This document shows positions 42,159 through 50,933 of a DNA stretch of 51,076 nt, piece after piece. The stretch comes from a virus, in the IMG/VR virus record IMGVR_UViG_3300045988_037980; one strand, written 5' to 3'. Every line of letters begins with the position of its first letter. Position 1 is the stretch's first letter. The notes under the pieces were generated by a model. It ran no database searches and was not told the DNA's origin. It was given only the letters and a program-made list of their open reading frames with translations. The position numbers and the translations under genes were made by a program.

Positions 42159-42779
42159 CTATTTGAAAAGGAACACTTCGTTGTACAAGTCGGCAAACAT
42201 TTCACCGAATTGCCGTGCCCGATTTGCGGTCTTAAAGCAAAGCCGAGAACCGAAAGCCGCATACGTACCCGTAGCCGCAGAATTCGTAGGCGCATACACG
42301 AACCCCGCAGCATCCCGGTCATATACAAACCAAGGATAATACTTGTATTGGTTTTGGTTGCTGAAATCCGGCACGAAATCATCCGCTTTGTTCCATGCTT
42401 CCGCAATGGTGAACAACTTGTTCAATGCGGCAAGGGCTTTGAGGTGTCGGGGGTTCATTTCATCAACCAAATGGGCAACGCCGTTCAAGTCCAAAGAATT
42501 GTTTGATTGCAGCTTCTTTGTAACGGCAAAGTCCGCATTGGGCTTGCCGCCAAGATACTTCCGGGCTTCCTCGTAGTTGGTCACACATTCGTTGATTTCC
42601 CTTTCCTCGATTTCGTCAAGGGTGAAATCAAACGGGGTCAAATACCCCTCATCGTCTGAATCCAATTCATCGTTGTTGTCCGTAATGTAACCATCCATCA
42701 CATCAACGGCTTCAATCTTTGAATCAAATTTTCCAATGGCTTTTTCAATGCCTTTTTGTCTTAAAAGAAACTTCTTCAT
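42159..42779 (-). CDS. DGR target protein 2: small non-structural protein carrying a remote variable repeat
   Basis: 206 aa with an acidic N-half and no signal peptide. The segment ...AAGFVYAPTNSAATGTYAAFGSRLCF is encoded by VR2. Confidence 0.8.
   Translation of the reverse strand: MKKFLLRQKGIEKAIGKFDSKIEAVDVMDGYITDNNDELDSDDEGYLTPFDFTLDEIEEREINECVTNYEEARKYLGGKPNADFAVTKKLQSNNSLDLNGVAHLVDEMNPRHLKALAALNKLFTIAEAWNKADDFVPDFSNQNQYKYYPWFVYDRDAAGFVYAPTNSAATGTYAAFGSRLCFKTANRARQFGEMFADLYNEVFLFK
42235..42310 (-). repeat. DGR variable repeat 2 (VR2), about 38 kb from the TR
   Basis: Aligns to TR 4165..4240. The 15 substitutions are at TR 4170, 4174, 4184, 4186, 4187, 4193, 4198, 4199, 4208, 4210, 4211, 4219, 4220, 4236 and 4240, all at plus-strand T (coding-strand A). 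Shares the 3' flank CCGCAAATCG with VR1. Confidence 0.85.
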
Positions 42780-42789
42780 GTTCTGAAAA

Positions 42790-43533
42790 TTAAAATGGTG
42801 ATTTGTTGAAATTTGAAATTGTCATTCCGCTTTCGGCAATGTGGGTGGTCTTGCCCGTTGCTTCTTCGATTCCTTGCTTGAACTCCTTTGCGTTTGAATT
42901 GCCATCCGAAAGATGTATCAAGACAATATGGTTCACGCCTGACAAGTCATTTGCAAGCAATGTTTCCCGGCAAGTGTCAAAGCTGCAATGGCTTTTCATT
43001 GTCCTTGCCCGTAACGCCATCGGCAATTTGCCCGCTTCAACATTGGCATCCAATATGTCTTGACGATAATTGCATTCAATCAAGATGTTATTCAATCCCT
43101 GAAAGGTGTAATGCAAGTAATATGTATCAGTTGCGAACAAGACCATGCCGCATTCCTTATGGTAAATCAAAAATCCGAAAGGCTCTTTGGCATCATGTTG
43201 GGTTGCGAATGGTTGCACCTTGAAATTGCCGATTTCGTACACTTTCAATTCTTCCATCACACGGACAAGCCGGGTTTGCGGCAAATGCAATGCGTCTTTC
43301 GTGCCTTGCGACATATAGCATGGGATTTGCGCTTCAAGGCACTTTCCGGCGTGTTTGGCGTGGTCGCCATGCTCGTGTGATATAATTACACCAGCAATGC
43401 GGGAAATGCCGAAATTGACCGCCTTTTGCACGTCTTTGAAAGGAATGCCGCATTCTATCATCAAGCAATCATTGCCGTTGTCAAGCAAGTAGCAATTGCC
43501 CTTTGAACTCGAACCCAAAATCTTCAATTCCAT
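42790..43533 (-). CDS. Metallo-beta-lactamase fold hydrolase (probable nuclease of the recombination module)
   Basis: HEHGDH motif, plus downstream His/Asp residues. Confidence 0.8.
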   Translation of the reverse strand: MELKILGSSSKGNCYLLDNGNDCLMIECGIPFKDVQKAVNFGISRIAGVIISHEHGDHAKHAGKCLEAQIPCYMSQGTKDALHLPQTRLVRVMEELKVYEIGNFKVQPFATQHDAKEPFGFLIYHKECGMVLFATDTYYLHYTFQGLNNILIECNYRQDILDANVEAGKLPMALRARTMKSHCSFDTCRETLLANDLSGVNHIVLIHLSDGNSNAKEFKQGIEEATGKTTHIAESGMTISNFNKSPF

Positions 43534-43557
43534 AGCCTTTCGGATTTTGATTGTTTG

Positions 43558-44508
43558 TTAGAAACCGGGTTGGGGTTGTGGTGTCGGTGATTGCGCCACA
43601 TCCTCTTTTGCGGGCGTGGGCTTTACATCTTCAACATTCTTGATTTCGCCCGTTTCCGGGTCAATCATTGTCGCCGTGGTCTTGTCGTTACCTTGCGCCA
43701 AATCCACACCGATTTGCACTTTGTTGGCGTTATCGTGCTTTTCGGCTTCAACTTCCGCCCCGACTTCTTGATAATCCACATCCATTATGTCTTGGTATTC
43801 CTCAACGGTACGCATCCCCATTGACAATTCAGGTGCGTAAGCACTTGTCCAAAATGAAGCCGCACGATACATAAGCATTTGTTTGGTCATGGTCTGCCAT
43901 TTTGAACCGTTCTTTGTAAACCACCCCTCTTGAATGGCAAGGCGGATAGATACGGGCGAACTTTCCAAGACTTCTTCCGAACCCTTTGCGCTTGTGTAGG
44001 CGACACATTCAATATCCATCATCTTACGCCCGTCAAATTGCTTGGTCGTGGCTTCATTCTTATAATAGCCCCGTCCATTTTGACCGTTTACCCATACTTT
44101 TGTGTACTCGACATAATCCACCATGCCAAGCATACCTTTTTCGGTAAAGCGGTACTTCAAGGGCTTGAAGCGTCCGCAAGTGTTTACGGTGGCGACAAGG
44201 AATTTTGACGACCAAGACGGCTTGCCATAAATCGGCACCATATTTTGCATAACCATCAATGGACTTGCGCCGATACGTTGGGCAATCTCAATGGCAATCA
44301 TGCAATTTGCCATCGCCTTTTCGATTGGGTTTTTGTCCGTTACTTTGTACATATCCGGCACAAGTTCCGAACTTGCGAATAATTTGCAAACACGCTGCAT
44401 GGTGTCGAATTGTACCGGGTCAAAGAAGTTGAACCCGACTTGTACGGGGGCGGCAACCGTCAATACTTGCCCCTGCTTTTCTGTTTTCTGAATTTCGTTC
44501 ATACTCAT
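43558..44508 (-). CDS. recT: RecT-family single-strand annealing recombinase
   Basis: 316 aa with RecT-like core conservation, flanked by nuclease and ATPase genes. Confidence 0.75.
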   Translation of the reverse strand: MSMNEIQKTEKQGQVLTVAAPVQVGFNFFDPVQFDTMQRVCKLFASSELVPDMYKVTDKNPIEKAMANCMIAIEIAQRIGASPLMVMQNMVPIYGKPSWSSKFLVATVNTCGRFKPLKYRFTEKGMLGMVDYVEYTKVWVNGQNGRGYYKNEATTKQFDGRKMMDIECVAYTSAKGSEEVLESSPVSIRLAIQEGWFTKNGSKWQTMTKQMLMYRAASFWTSAYAPELSMGMRTVEEYQDIMDVDYQEVGAEVEAEKHDNANKVQIGVDLAQGNDKTTATMIDPETGEIKNVEDVKPTPAKEDVAQSPTPQPQPGF

Positions 44509-44520
44509 TACTTTTATTTG

Positions 44521-44838
44521 TTAATTGTTATGCTTATTAAATCCCCCCCCCCGTACTTTTTCAATAAGGCTATTTAGGGCGGCTTCTTTCATGCCCGCCA
44601 ATAAAAGCGGCTTTGTGCTTTCCTGTGAAGCAAATCCGGCAATCGCTTCAACCACTTTGCCGCCATTTCCAAGTATGGATATGACTTGCCTTGTGCCATC
44701 CTCACTTTCCACCGATTCAGCGGCAAGGATAACAAGACCACGTTTAACACCCTCTTTCTTTTCTGTCATTACTGACATTTCATGTGCGAATGCTTCCACC
44801 TTTGAAAGAAATTCGCTTTTTTCATTTTTCTTTTCCAT
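44521..44838 (-). CDS. Hypothetical protein ending in a G10-encoded Gly run
   Basis: 105-aa ORF. A homopolymer at 44543..44552 encodes RGGG near the C-terminus. Confidence 0.55.
   Translation of the reverse strand: MEKKNEKSEFLSKVEAFAHEMSVMTEKKEGVKRGLVILAAESVESEDGTRQVISILGNGGKVVEAIAGFASQESTKPLLLAGMKEAALNSLIEKVRGGGFNKHNN
44543..44552. repeat. C10/G10 homopolymer
   Basis: Ten consecutive C on the plus strand, the longest homopolymer noticed in the window. Confidence 0.9.
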
Positions 44839-44849
44839 TGTTGCGTTAT

Positions 44850-46811
44850 TTATTTGATTGTTAAAAAATTGTCCTTGTTTACAACAAGGTTGATAATCTG
44901 ACTTTCAGTTTCGATAATGTCATTGACCGATTCACGGTTGTCAATGAATATCGGTGCGCACACGCCATAAAAGCGGCATAATGTGTTGATTATGTCAAGC
45001 CCGGCATTCATTTGTCCTGCCGTGTTCGCACTTGGGTATGGAACGCCATTGACCAAAGGAATGCACGTTTCAACGGGGTTGTTGTCAATGGTGAAGTCAA
45101 ACAAGCGGAAAGACACATATTTGAACATCCCGTTTATCCGACTTTCGCATTCATCAATCTTGGTTTTTGTGAATTGCTCAACCGTGTATTCCTGTTTTTC
45201 GACATCGGCGATTTGTTGGGCAAGGTCTTTGCCTTTCTTTTCAAGGCTTGCGATTTCATCTTCATAACGCTTGATTGCATCACGGTTGGCAAGCCTTTTA
45301 TTGAGGTCGTCACGGGTCTTGTTCAACTCCGATTTCCTTTCCTGTGCCTTGCTCGTGTCGGCGGAACTTGCCTTTTCGGTGCTTATGGTCGCTTCAATCT
45401 CTTTGATTTTTGCTTGCTTTTCGACCCATTCCGGGATTGATTCAGGCACAACGGCGGCGGCATCAACAAGCGGCAAAGCAACGAAATCGGCTTTCATCTT
45501 GCTTATTTCGCCATTGATAGACGTGACATTGGCATTGGCATTCTCAATGTCCTTTTTCACATCGTCAATGTCCTTTTCAAGTTCCTTGATTCTTTCGCCA
45601 ATTCGCTTGCCCTTTGAGGTTATATCATTGCATTTGTCGGCTTGGGCTTTCGTGAAAACATCCCTTGCTTGCTCAATCATGGCGGCGGGTAATTCCTGCT
45701 TGCAATGCGGACAAGTCGTTTCACCATGATAGACCTTGCCGTTTTCTTCAAACCATTGATTGCGCAAAGTGTCTTGTTCCGACTTCAACTTTTTGACATC
45801 TTCTTCAAGCCGTTCTTGCTCTTTTCGGCTTGCCGACAATTCACGGTTGGTCGCTGCCAATTCACGTTCCTTTGCCTTGATATTGCTTTCCAATTCACGG
45901 CGGGCGGCATTGGCTTCAAATGCAGCATTTTGCGCTTCTTCCTTTGCCCTGAAAAGTAGTTGTTGGCATTCGGATTTCAAGGCGTTCACGTCCTTTTGCT
46001 TCTTTTGCTCCGCTTCATACGCCTTGCGGATTGCGGCGGTGGCATCACTAATCGCCTTGTCTATGTCCTTGATTTCATCATCAATGACTTGGATTTGAAC
46101 TTCAATGGCGTTGAAATCCTCATTTTCGGGCATCATCTTATGGGTTTGGTCAATCCTTGGTTGGATTTGCGCCAATTCATCTTTCAAACGCTTCTTTTTT
46201 GCCGAAATTTCGGCTTTGAAGTCCGAAAGTGATTTGCCGCTTATCTTGTCAAGCAAAAGGGCAAATTCGGGCTTCTTTGAAGCGATTTCGGCATCTGTGA
46301 TTGTTCCGGCAAGCTGAAAAAGTTGTTCCCTTTGCAGCTTCCACGGCATATTGACAAAGAATGCCGGATTGGTTATCATCTTGAACACGGATGAATCAAT
46401 GATTGCTTCAATCCTCTTGGTGTATTCACCGACATTGACCGGGGTATCATTCCACCAACATTCGGTGTGATTGCCCTTGAACACTCTTTCGACTTGCCCA
46501 CGTGGTTTTACCCAATCTTCGATATAGGCACGTTTCAAGTTGATTTCCTCACCGTCCACATCAATGACACCCGACACGCTGCATTCTACATTGTGCAATT
46601 CCTTGCCATCAACACGGGTCTTGATTTCGTAGTCTTTTCGGTCTTTGGAATCTTTGCCGAAAAGCAACCAAATGAAAGCATCGAAATGCCTTGACTTGCC
46701 CAGCCCGTTGCCGCCCGAAATGGTGGTTACGTCCGGGTTGAAATTCGTTGTCCGTTCCTTTTCACCCTTGAAATTGCAAAGGGTTAGGGATTTTAATGTT
46801 ACCTGTTTCAT
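44850..46811 (-). CDS. SMC/SbcC/RecF-like AAA ATPase with long coiled coil
   Basis: N-terminal LTLCNFKGEKE...ISGGNGLGKSRHFDAFIWLLFG (Walker A), a central coiled coil with a CPHC hook-like motif, and a C-terminal Walker B/D-loop region. Confidence 0.8.
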   Translation of the reverse strand: MKQVTLKSLTLCNFKGEKERTTNFNPDVTTISGGNGLGKSRHFDAFIWLLFGKDSKDRKDYEIKTRVDGKELHNVECSVSGVIDVDGEEINLKRAYIEDWVKPRGQVERVFKGNHTECWWNDTPVNVGEYTKRIEAIIDSSVFKMITNPAFFVNMPWKLQREQLFQLAGTITDAEIASKKPEFALLLDKISGKSLSDFKAEISAKKKRLKDELAQIQPRIDQTHKMMPENEDFNAIEVQIQVIDDEIKDIDKAISDATAAIRKAYEAEQKKQKDVNALKSECQQLLFRAKEEAQNAAFEANAARRELESNIKAKERELAATNRELSASRKEQERLEEDVKKLKSEQDTLRNQWFEENGKVYHGETTCPHCKQELPAAMIEQARDVFTKAQADKCNDITSKGKRIGERIKELEKDIDDVKKDIENANANVTSINGEISKMKADFVALPLVDAAAVVPESIPEWVEKQAKIKEIEATISTEKASSADTSKAQERKSELNKTRDDLNKRLANRDAIKRYEDEIASLEKKGKDLAQQIADVEKQEYTVEQFTKTKIDECESRINGMFKYVSFRLFDFTIDNNPVETCIPLVNGVPYPSANTAGQMNAGLDIINTLCRFYGVCAPIFIDNRESVNDIIETESQIINLVVNKDNFLTIK

Positions 46812-46820
46812 TGTTGCGTA

Positions 46821-47108
46821 TTATTTATTGTTATTGTATAGTTCCAAAGCAAGGTCGGCATCGACAACTATAATGCGCCCGTTCTGCATGATTGCCCGGT
46901 CTATCCGTCCGCTTGCCTTGATTCTGTTTGCCGTTGTCATACTGCAATTGAACACTTGGGCAATCCCGGCTATGCCATAGACAAACCGTTTTTCGGGTGC
47001 GGTCGGGGCTTGTGGCGTTGTTTTCTCCGTTTGGGCGGCTTCTATCAACTCCATTAGTTCACCAACCGTCAAGTCGATAATCCTTGTATTTGGGTCAATT
47101 TTTATCAT
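46821..47108 (-). CDS. Small DNA-binding (HTH, excisionase-like) protein candidate
   Basis: 95 aa. VYGIAGIAQVFNCSMTTANRIKASG resembles HTH_17/excisionase-type helices. Confidence 0.4.
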   Translation of the reverse strand: MIKIDPNTRIIDLTVGELMELIEAAQTEKTTPQAPTAPEKRFVYGIAGIAQVFNCSMTTANRIKASGRIDRAIMQNGRIIVVDADLALELYNNNK

Positions 47109-47326
47109 ACATCATCATCCATTTCAGGCAATAGCCCTTTTGATTCCCAATACTTCGCAAGCCTGTATGCGATATACCCGAAAAGGGCGGCAATCGACTT
47201 GCTGATAAAGAAGTCCTTAAACCATGTGTCTTGGTTTATCGGTTCGGATGTTGCGCATATCAACGCAAGGACACCGAACAACCCGACAATGGCGATTCTG
47301 ACTTGTTTTTTTGTTTCTTCTTTCAT
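47105..47326 (-). CDS. Small two-TM membrane protein
   Basis: 73 aa with two hydrophobic segments. Confidence 0.5.
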   Translation of the reverse strand: MKEETKKQVRIAIVGLFGVLALICATSEPINQDTWFKDFFISKSIAALFGYIAYRLAKYWESKGLLPEMDDDV

Positions 47327-47346
47327 TGTTGCGAAATTTTTAGTTG

Positions 47347-47733
47347 TTAAAATTCGACCGTTGCAAAGTCATCTTCAAACTTTCTTCTTGACCTTATCAC
47401 CCGAACCGTCCGGCAAGTGTTCCTTGTGCGCACCCTGATTGCCACATTGTCGAAATTGAAGATTTGCGGCATCAATAAGGCGACAAGCGTTGTTGCGATA
47501 ACCTTGCGTTTCAAGGGTGACAAGTCAAAGGAAATGTGGAATTTCGTGCAAAACCACCATGCGGATAACTCATTGACTTTGGAACACCCGGTTTTCTCGT
47601 ATATGTTCCGGGCATGATTTTCCACCGTCCGTTCCGAAATGAAAAGGCGTTCCGCAATGTCTTTCTTGCTTGCGCCCCATGCGAATAACTCCGCAATTTC
47701 GGCTTCACGCTTGGTCAGGCTTTTTGCTTCCAT
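47347..47733 (-). CDS. LuxR/GerE-type HTH regulator with hydrophobic C-terminal segment
   Basis: Start taken at MEAKSLTKRE. LTKREAEIAELFAWGASKKDIAERLFISERTVENHARNIYEKTG is a canonical GerE HTH. Confidence 0.75.
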   Translation of the reverse strand: MEAKSLTKREAEIAELFAWGASKKDIAERLFISERTVENHARNIYEKTGCSKVNELSAWWFCTKFHISFDLSPLKRKVIATTLVALLMPQIFNFDNVAIRVRTRNTCRTVRVIRSRRKFEDDFATVEF

Positions 47734-47734
47734 A

Positions 47735-47953
47735 CTACATTCCCCAAACATCCTTAATCCCATATTCGGCAAACACGGCTTCGATTGCTCTTGCTTCCGA
47801 AACTTTGGGTTCGACCTCACCTTTCAATCTGTTTAAGAATGCCATTCGGGTATTGATATTCAAAGCCGCCATCAATTTTGCCCGGCATTCGGAAATGTCG
47901 CCGTTCTTGACTTGCGACCATCCTTTGTTGAATGAAAATTGTTCTTTACTCAT
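47735..47953 (-). CDS. First gene of the leftward early operon (Cro-position protein)
   Basis: 72 aa, divergent from the repressor gene. Function is inferred only from position. Confidence 0.4.
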   Translation of the reverse strand: MSKEQFSFNKGWSQVKNGDISECRAKLMAALNINTRMAFLNRLKGEVEPKVSEARAIEAVFAEYGIKDVWGM

Positions 47954-48027
47954 ATATGTTTGAAATTAAATGTGTTTCAAAACCGCAACTTTTCGGGTTT
48001 GCTTTTGGCATTCCGCGAAAAATGACG

Positions 48028-48069
48028 TAATTTTGCTATTTGCAAACGCTCCTTAATGCTTTACCTTTG
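48028..48069 (+). promoter_or_regulatory. Two tandem Bacteroides-type -7 motifs driving the repressor gene
   Basis: TAATTTTG (48028..48035) and TACCTTTG (48062..48069). Confidence 0.5.
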
Positions 48070-48090
48070 CATTGTGGAACTTTACACCTG

Positions 48091-48122
48091 CAAAGATACG
48101 GCATATTGTGTGTAAAACCAAA
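48091..48122 (-). promoter_or_regulatory. Leftward early promoter candidate, face-to-face with the repressor promoters
   Basis: Minus-strand TATCTTTG (plus-strand CAAAGATA, 48091..48098) and minus-strand TTTG (48119..48122), with a 20-nt spacer. Confidence 0.5.
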
Positions 48123-48134
48123 CTTTTTCACACA
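48107..48134. promoter_or_regulatory. Imperfect inverted repeat, operator candidate
   Basis: TGTGTGTAAAA (48107..48117) and TTTTTCACACA (48124..48134) match at 10 of 11 positions and overlap the -33 of the leftward promoter. Confidence 0.5.
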
Positions 48135-48177
48135 AAATTGCGTATTAATTTTGAAGTTATTTTGTAAGTTGTTGATT

Positions 48178-48534
48178 ATGAATGATTTGAATATAAAAGA
48201 AATTCGTGAAAAATTGGGTGTATCGCAAGAAACCCTTGCGGAAATGGTCGGCGTACACCCTCGAACCATTCAAAATTGGGAATCGGGCACGAAAATTCCA
48301 AAATCAAAACACGCAATTTTGCGTGATTTGGTGATTAAGCCACAAAAATATGCCGGGGGTGAACAACAAAACGTCAATGGTGACAACATCAATGGCAACA
48401 ATGTGACGGTTCACAAAACCGACACCGATAAATTATTGGAAATCCTTGCAAGCAAAGAACAATCTTTGGCAAAGGCGCAAGAACACATTGACAAGCTGTT
48501 GGAAATAATAGGGAACTTAACGAAAGGGCAATGA
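48178..48534 (+). CDS. XRE-family HTH repressor (CI-like)
   Basis: Start taken at MNDLNIKEIREKLGVSQETLAEMVGVHPRTIQNWESG. Divergent from the early operon. Confidence 0.8.
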   Translation: MNDLNIKEIREKLGVSQETLAEMVGVHPRTIQNWESGTKIPKSKHAILRDLVIKPQKYAGGEQQNVNGDNINGNNVTVHKTDTDKLLEILASKEQSLAKAQEHIDKLLEIIGNLTKGQ

Positions 48535-48535
48535 T

Positions 48536-48736
48536 ATGGAAACGATAAGAATCAAGGTTAATAACTATTATGGCAACCCGTCTTATTATTCGGTTATGCC
48601 GCAAGAAATCTTTGATGCGCTTGAATTGGCAAGCCTGCAAGGTGAAGAATATGCAACCGTAAGCAAAGACCAATTCGATACAATGATTGTTGAATATGGC
48701 AAAAAAATGAAACAATGGGAACAATCAAAAATGTAA
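48536..48736 (+). CDS. Hypothetical protein
   Basis: 66-aa ORF tightly coupled to the repressor gene. Confidence 0.5.
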   Translation: METIRIKVNNYYGNPSYYSVMPQEIFDALELASLQGEEYATVSKDQFDTMIVEYGKKMKQWEQSKM

Positions 48737-49320
48737 TTATATGCGTTTTGTTGTGCTTTGTCCTTTTGGGGTGTGGCAATAGGACACAAAAAAAGGCGGC
48801 ACAAACACCGCCACCCAAATATGCTTTGCGTGAAATGTTGGATTCTTGCTTGAAATCTCAACCAATGGCAAACAATAATGATGTTACAAGGTCTATTTTT
48901 GCCGACACATTAAAAAGTAAAATCCAACTTTACAAGGGTCGTGCATTGCCATATATCGAAGATGTACCAATGCAATATGAAATGTGTTTGCCTTATCCTA
49001 ATGGGCAATATGTCGTAAAATTTGGTTTTGGTGAAAATACTTCAAAATGCAAATTGTCGAATGATTATAAGACGACCTTTCAAGTGTTTGCCATCATGGA
49101 TAAAGAAAAGGTCGCAATGCTTGTGGATGGTTCTTTGTATTACATCAAGGGGATATTCCGTGATTTCGCAAACAATTCGTCTGAAACGGGATTTTCTTTG
49201 CCAAGCGGTAAATATATTGTTGATTATCCCAATATCATAAGTATAGACAACAAACCATATATTGACCTTGGAACATTGGTTGTCGATAGTCTTTCATTTA
49301 CCAAAATCAATCAAGAATGA
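48715..49320 (+). CDS. Lipoprotein expressed from the lysogeny operon
   Basis: N-terminus MGTIKNVIICVLLCFVLLGCGN (lipobox LLGC). Confidence 0.7.
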   Translation: MGTIKNVIICVLLCFVLLGCGNRTQKKAAQTPPPKYALREMLDSCLKSQPMANNNDVTRSIFADTLKSKIQLYKGRALPYIEDVPMQYEMCLPYPNGQYVVKFGFGENTSKCKLSNDYKTTFQVFAIMDKEKVAMLVDGSLYYIKGIFRDFANNSSETGFSLPSGKYIVDYPNIISIDNKPYIDLGTLVVDSLSFTKINQE

Positions 49321-49607
49321 AAAAAAGCATCAACCCACAAGCAATTGCAATACAACGCCGTTTCTTTGAAGCGTTGGACTTGGCTATCTCCTTGGGTAAG
49401 ATAACCGGGTTGAAAGGCTTTTGTGACGACCACCAATTGAACCGCACAAAGTATTCATGTATAAAAAACAGTCTTGACAAGCCTTTGGATGAAACTAATT
49501 ATAAAATGATTGATTTGGATGCGCTTTCGGCTATTTGCACGGACTTTGGCGTTTCCGCCGAATGGTTGTTGCTCGGACGTGGTAAAATGCTTAAATCGGA
49601 AAAATAA
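49317..49607 (+). CDS. Phage CI-repressor-type HTH protein directly upstream of the integrase
   Basis: C-terminus ...LSAICTDFGVSAEWLLLGRGKM matches the CI_repr HTH ending (vs.eWLL.G.G). Overlaps the int start. Confidence 0.6.
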   Translation: MKKSINPQAIAIQRRFFEALDLAISLGKITGLKGFCDDHQLNRTKYSCIKNSLDKPLDETNYKMIDLDALSAICTDFGVSAEWLLLGRGKMLKSEK

Positions 49608-50884
49608 TGTACATCCAAAAAGGAATAAAGTTTTTGCTTCACAAACGCAAGCCGGGTGAAACGCACAATCTTGCCATTCGTATGCGTGTGACATTACGTG
49701 GGCAAAGACCACTTGATTTTCCGACCGGGCATAACATTGATTTGAAAGATTGGGATGCAAACAATCAATGTGCCTTGAAATCTGCCCCCGGTGCGGCTGA
49801 CATCAACCGCACCATTGATGAATGGAAAGCAATAATGAATGAAGTGTTCGCCCGATATGAATTGCTTGAAAAGCGTGTTCCGACATTGGGCGAAATCAAA
49901 GATTTGTTCAATGATATGGTCGGGCGAAAAACCAAGACCAATGAAAGCCTTGCAGACCCAAACATGGATTTATTTCATGTGTTCGACCTGTTTACCGATA
50001 TGATGGGAAAACAAAATCAATGGACACCATCGACATTTGAAAAGTTTGCGGCAATCAAGCATCATCTTTATGACTTTGACCCGCACTTGTCATTTCCCGG
50101 AATCAATGAATCAAAGATGCAAGCCTATCTTGCATATTTGGAAAAGAAAGAATTACGAAACACCACCATCGCCAAAAATCTTGCTTTTGTCCGTTGGTTC
50201 TTGCGGTGGGCGCACAAAAAAGGGTATTACAATGGGGATGTTCAAGATACATTCAAGCCCAAATTGAAAGGCACGGATGGCAATTCAAAGGAAATAATAT
50301 ATTTGACCCAAGACGAAATAAAAACCTTGGAAAACCATGTGTTCTTGCCCACGCAAGCCGCCCTTGAAAGGGTGCGTGATATTTTCTTGTTTTGTTGCTT
50401 CACGGGTTTGCGATATTCGGATGTGGCGAAATTAAAAAGGTCAGACATCAAGGATGGATTTATTGAGGTTGTCACAAAAAAGACGGTGGACGGATTGCGC
50501 ATTGAACTGAACAAGCATTCACAAGCGATTATTGACAAATACAAGGACATGAAGTTTTCGCAAGATTTGGCGTTGCCTGTAATATCGAATGTGAAGATGA
50601 ATGCCCATTTGAAGATTCTTGGGCAAGTATGCGGCATTGATGAACCGACACGGATTGTCTATTTTCAAGGCGGCATAAGGCACGAACAAGTCTTTCCGAA
50701 ATGGGCTTTATTGACCACGCATTGCGGACGGCGTACATTTGTCGTTACCGCCTTGCAACTTGGCATTCCAAGTGAGGTCATTATGAAATGGACGGGTCAC
50801 AATGATTTTTCGGCAATGAAGCCTTATGTGAAGATAGTTGATGAATTAAAGGCAAAAGCAATGTCAAGGTTTGACAATCTATAA
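49607..50884 (+). CDS. int: Tyrosine recombinase/integrase (Bacteroidota phage-integrase type with N-terminal arm-binding and SAM-like domains)
   Basis: GLRYSDV (Arg I), HCGRRTF (HxxR) and GHNDFSAMKPYV (His ... Tyr). Confidence 0.92.
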   Translation: MYIQKGIKFLLHKRKPGETHNLAIRMRVTLRGQRPLDFPTGHNIDLKDWDANNQCALKSAPGAADINRTIDEWKAIMNEVFARYELLEKRVPTLGEIKDLFNDMVGRKTKTNESLADPNMDLFHVFDLFTDMMGKQNQWTPSTFEKFAAIKHHLYDFDPHLSFPGINESKMQAYLAYLEKKELRNTTIAKNLAFVRWFLRWAHKKGYYNGDVQDTFKPKLKGTDGNSKEIIYLTQDEIKTLENHVFLPTQAALERVRDIFLFCCFTGLRYSDVAKLKRSDIKDGFIEVVTKKTVDGLRIELNKHSQAIIDKYKDMKFSQDLALPVISNVKMNAHLKILGQVCGIDEPTRIVYFQGGIRHEQVFPKWALLTTHCGRRTFVVTALQLGIPSEVIMKWTGHNDFSAMKPYVKIVDELKAKAMSRFDNL

Positions 50885-50933
50885 TGTACACGAATTGTCC
50901 GGCTTTTACCTCGTACACGATTATGTACACGAA
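50885..50933 (+). promoter_or_regulatory. Cluster of GTACACGA repeats, candidate integrase arm-type binding sites (other attP arm)
   Basis: TGTACACGAA at 50885..50894 and 50924..50933, CGTACACGA at 50912..50920, starting 1 nt after the int stop codon. Confidence 0.55.

Noticed and set aside
43500-43525. T-loop-like GGGTTCGAG (reverse complement of ctcgaaccc), considered as a possible tRNA fragment or attachment core
   Set aside because: It lies inside the MBL hydrolase coding sequence, and no acceptor or anticodon stems could be built around it. No tRNA, tmRNA or rRNA genes were recognised anywhere in the window.
44830-47345. Recurrent CATTGTTGCG and TAGTTGTTAA strings at several gene junctions (40873, 44836, 46809, 47325; 38590, 41680, 47340)
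   Set aside because: On the coding strand these are the start-codon context CGCAACAATG and stop/start junctions TTAACAACTA of tightly packed genes. A similar translation-initiation context explains them better than a separate element.
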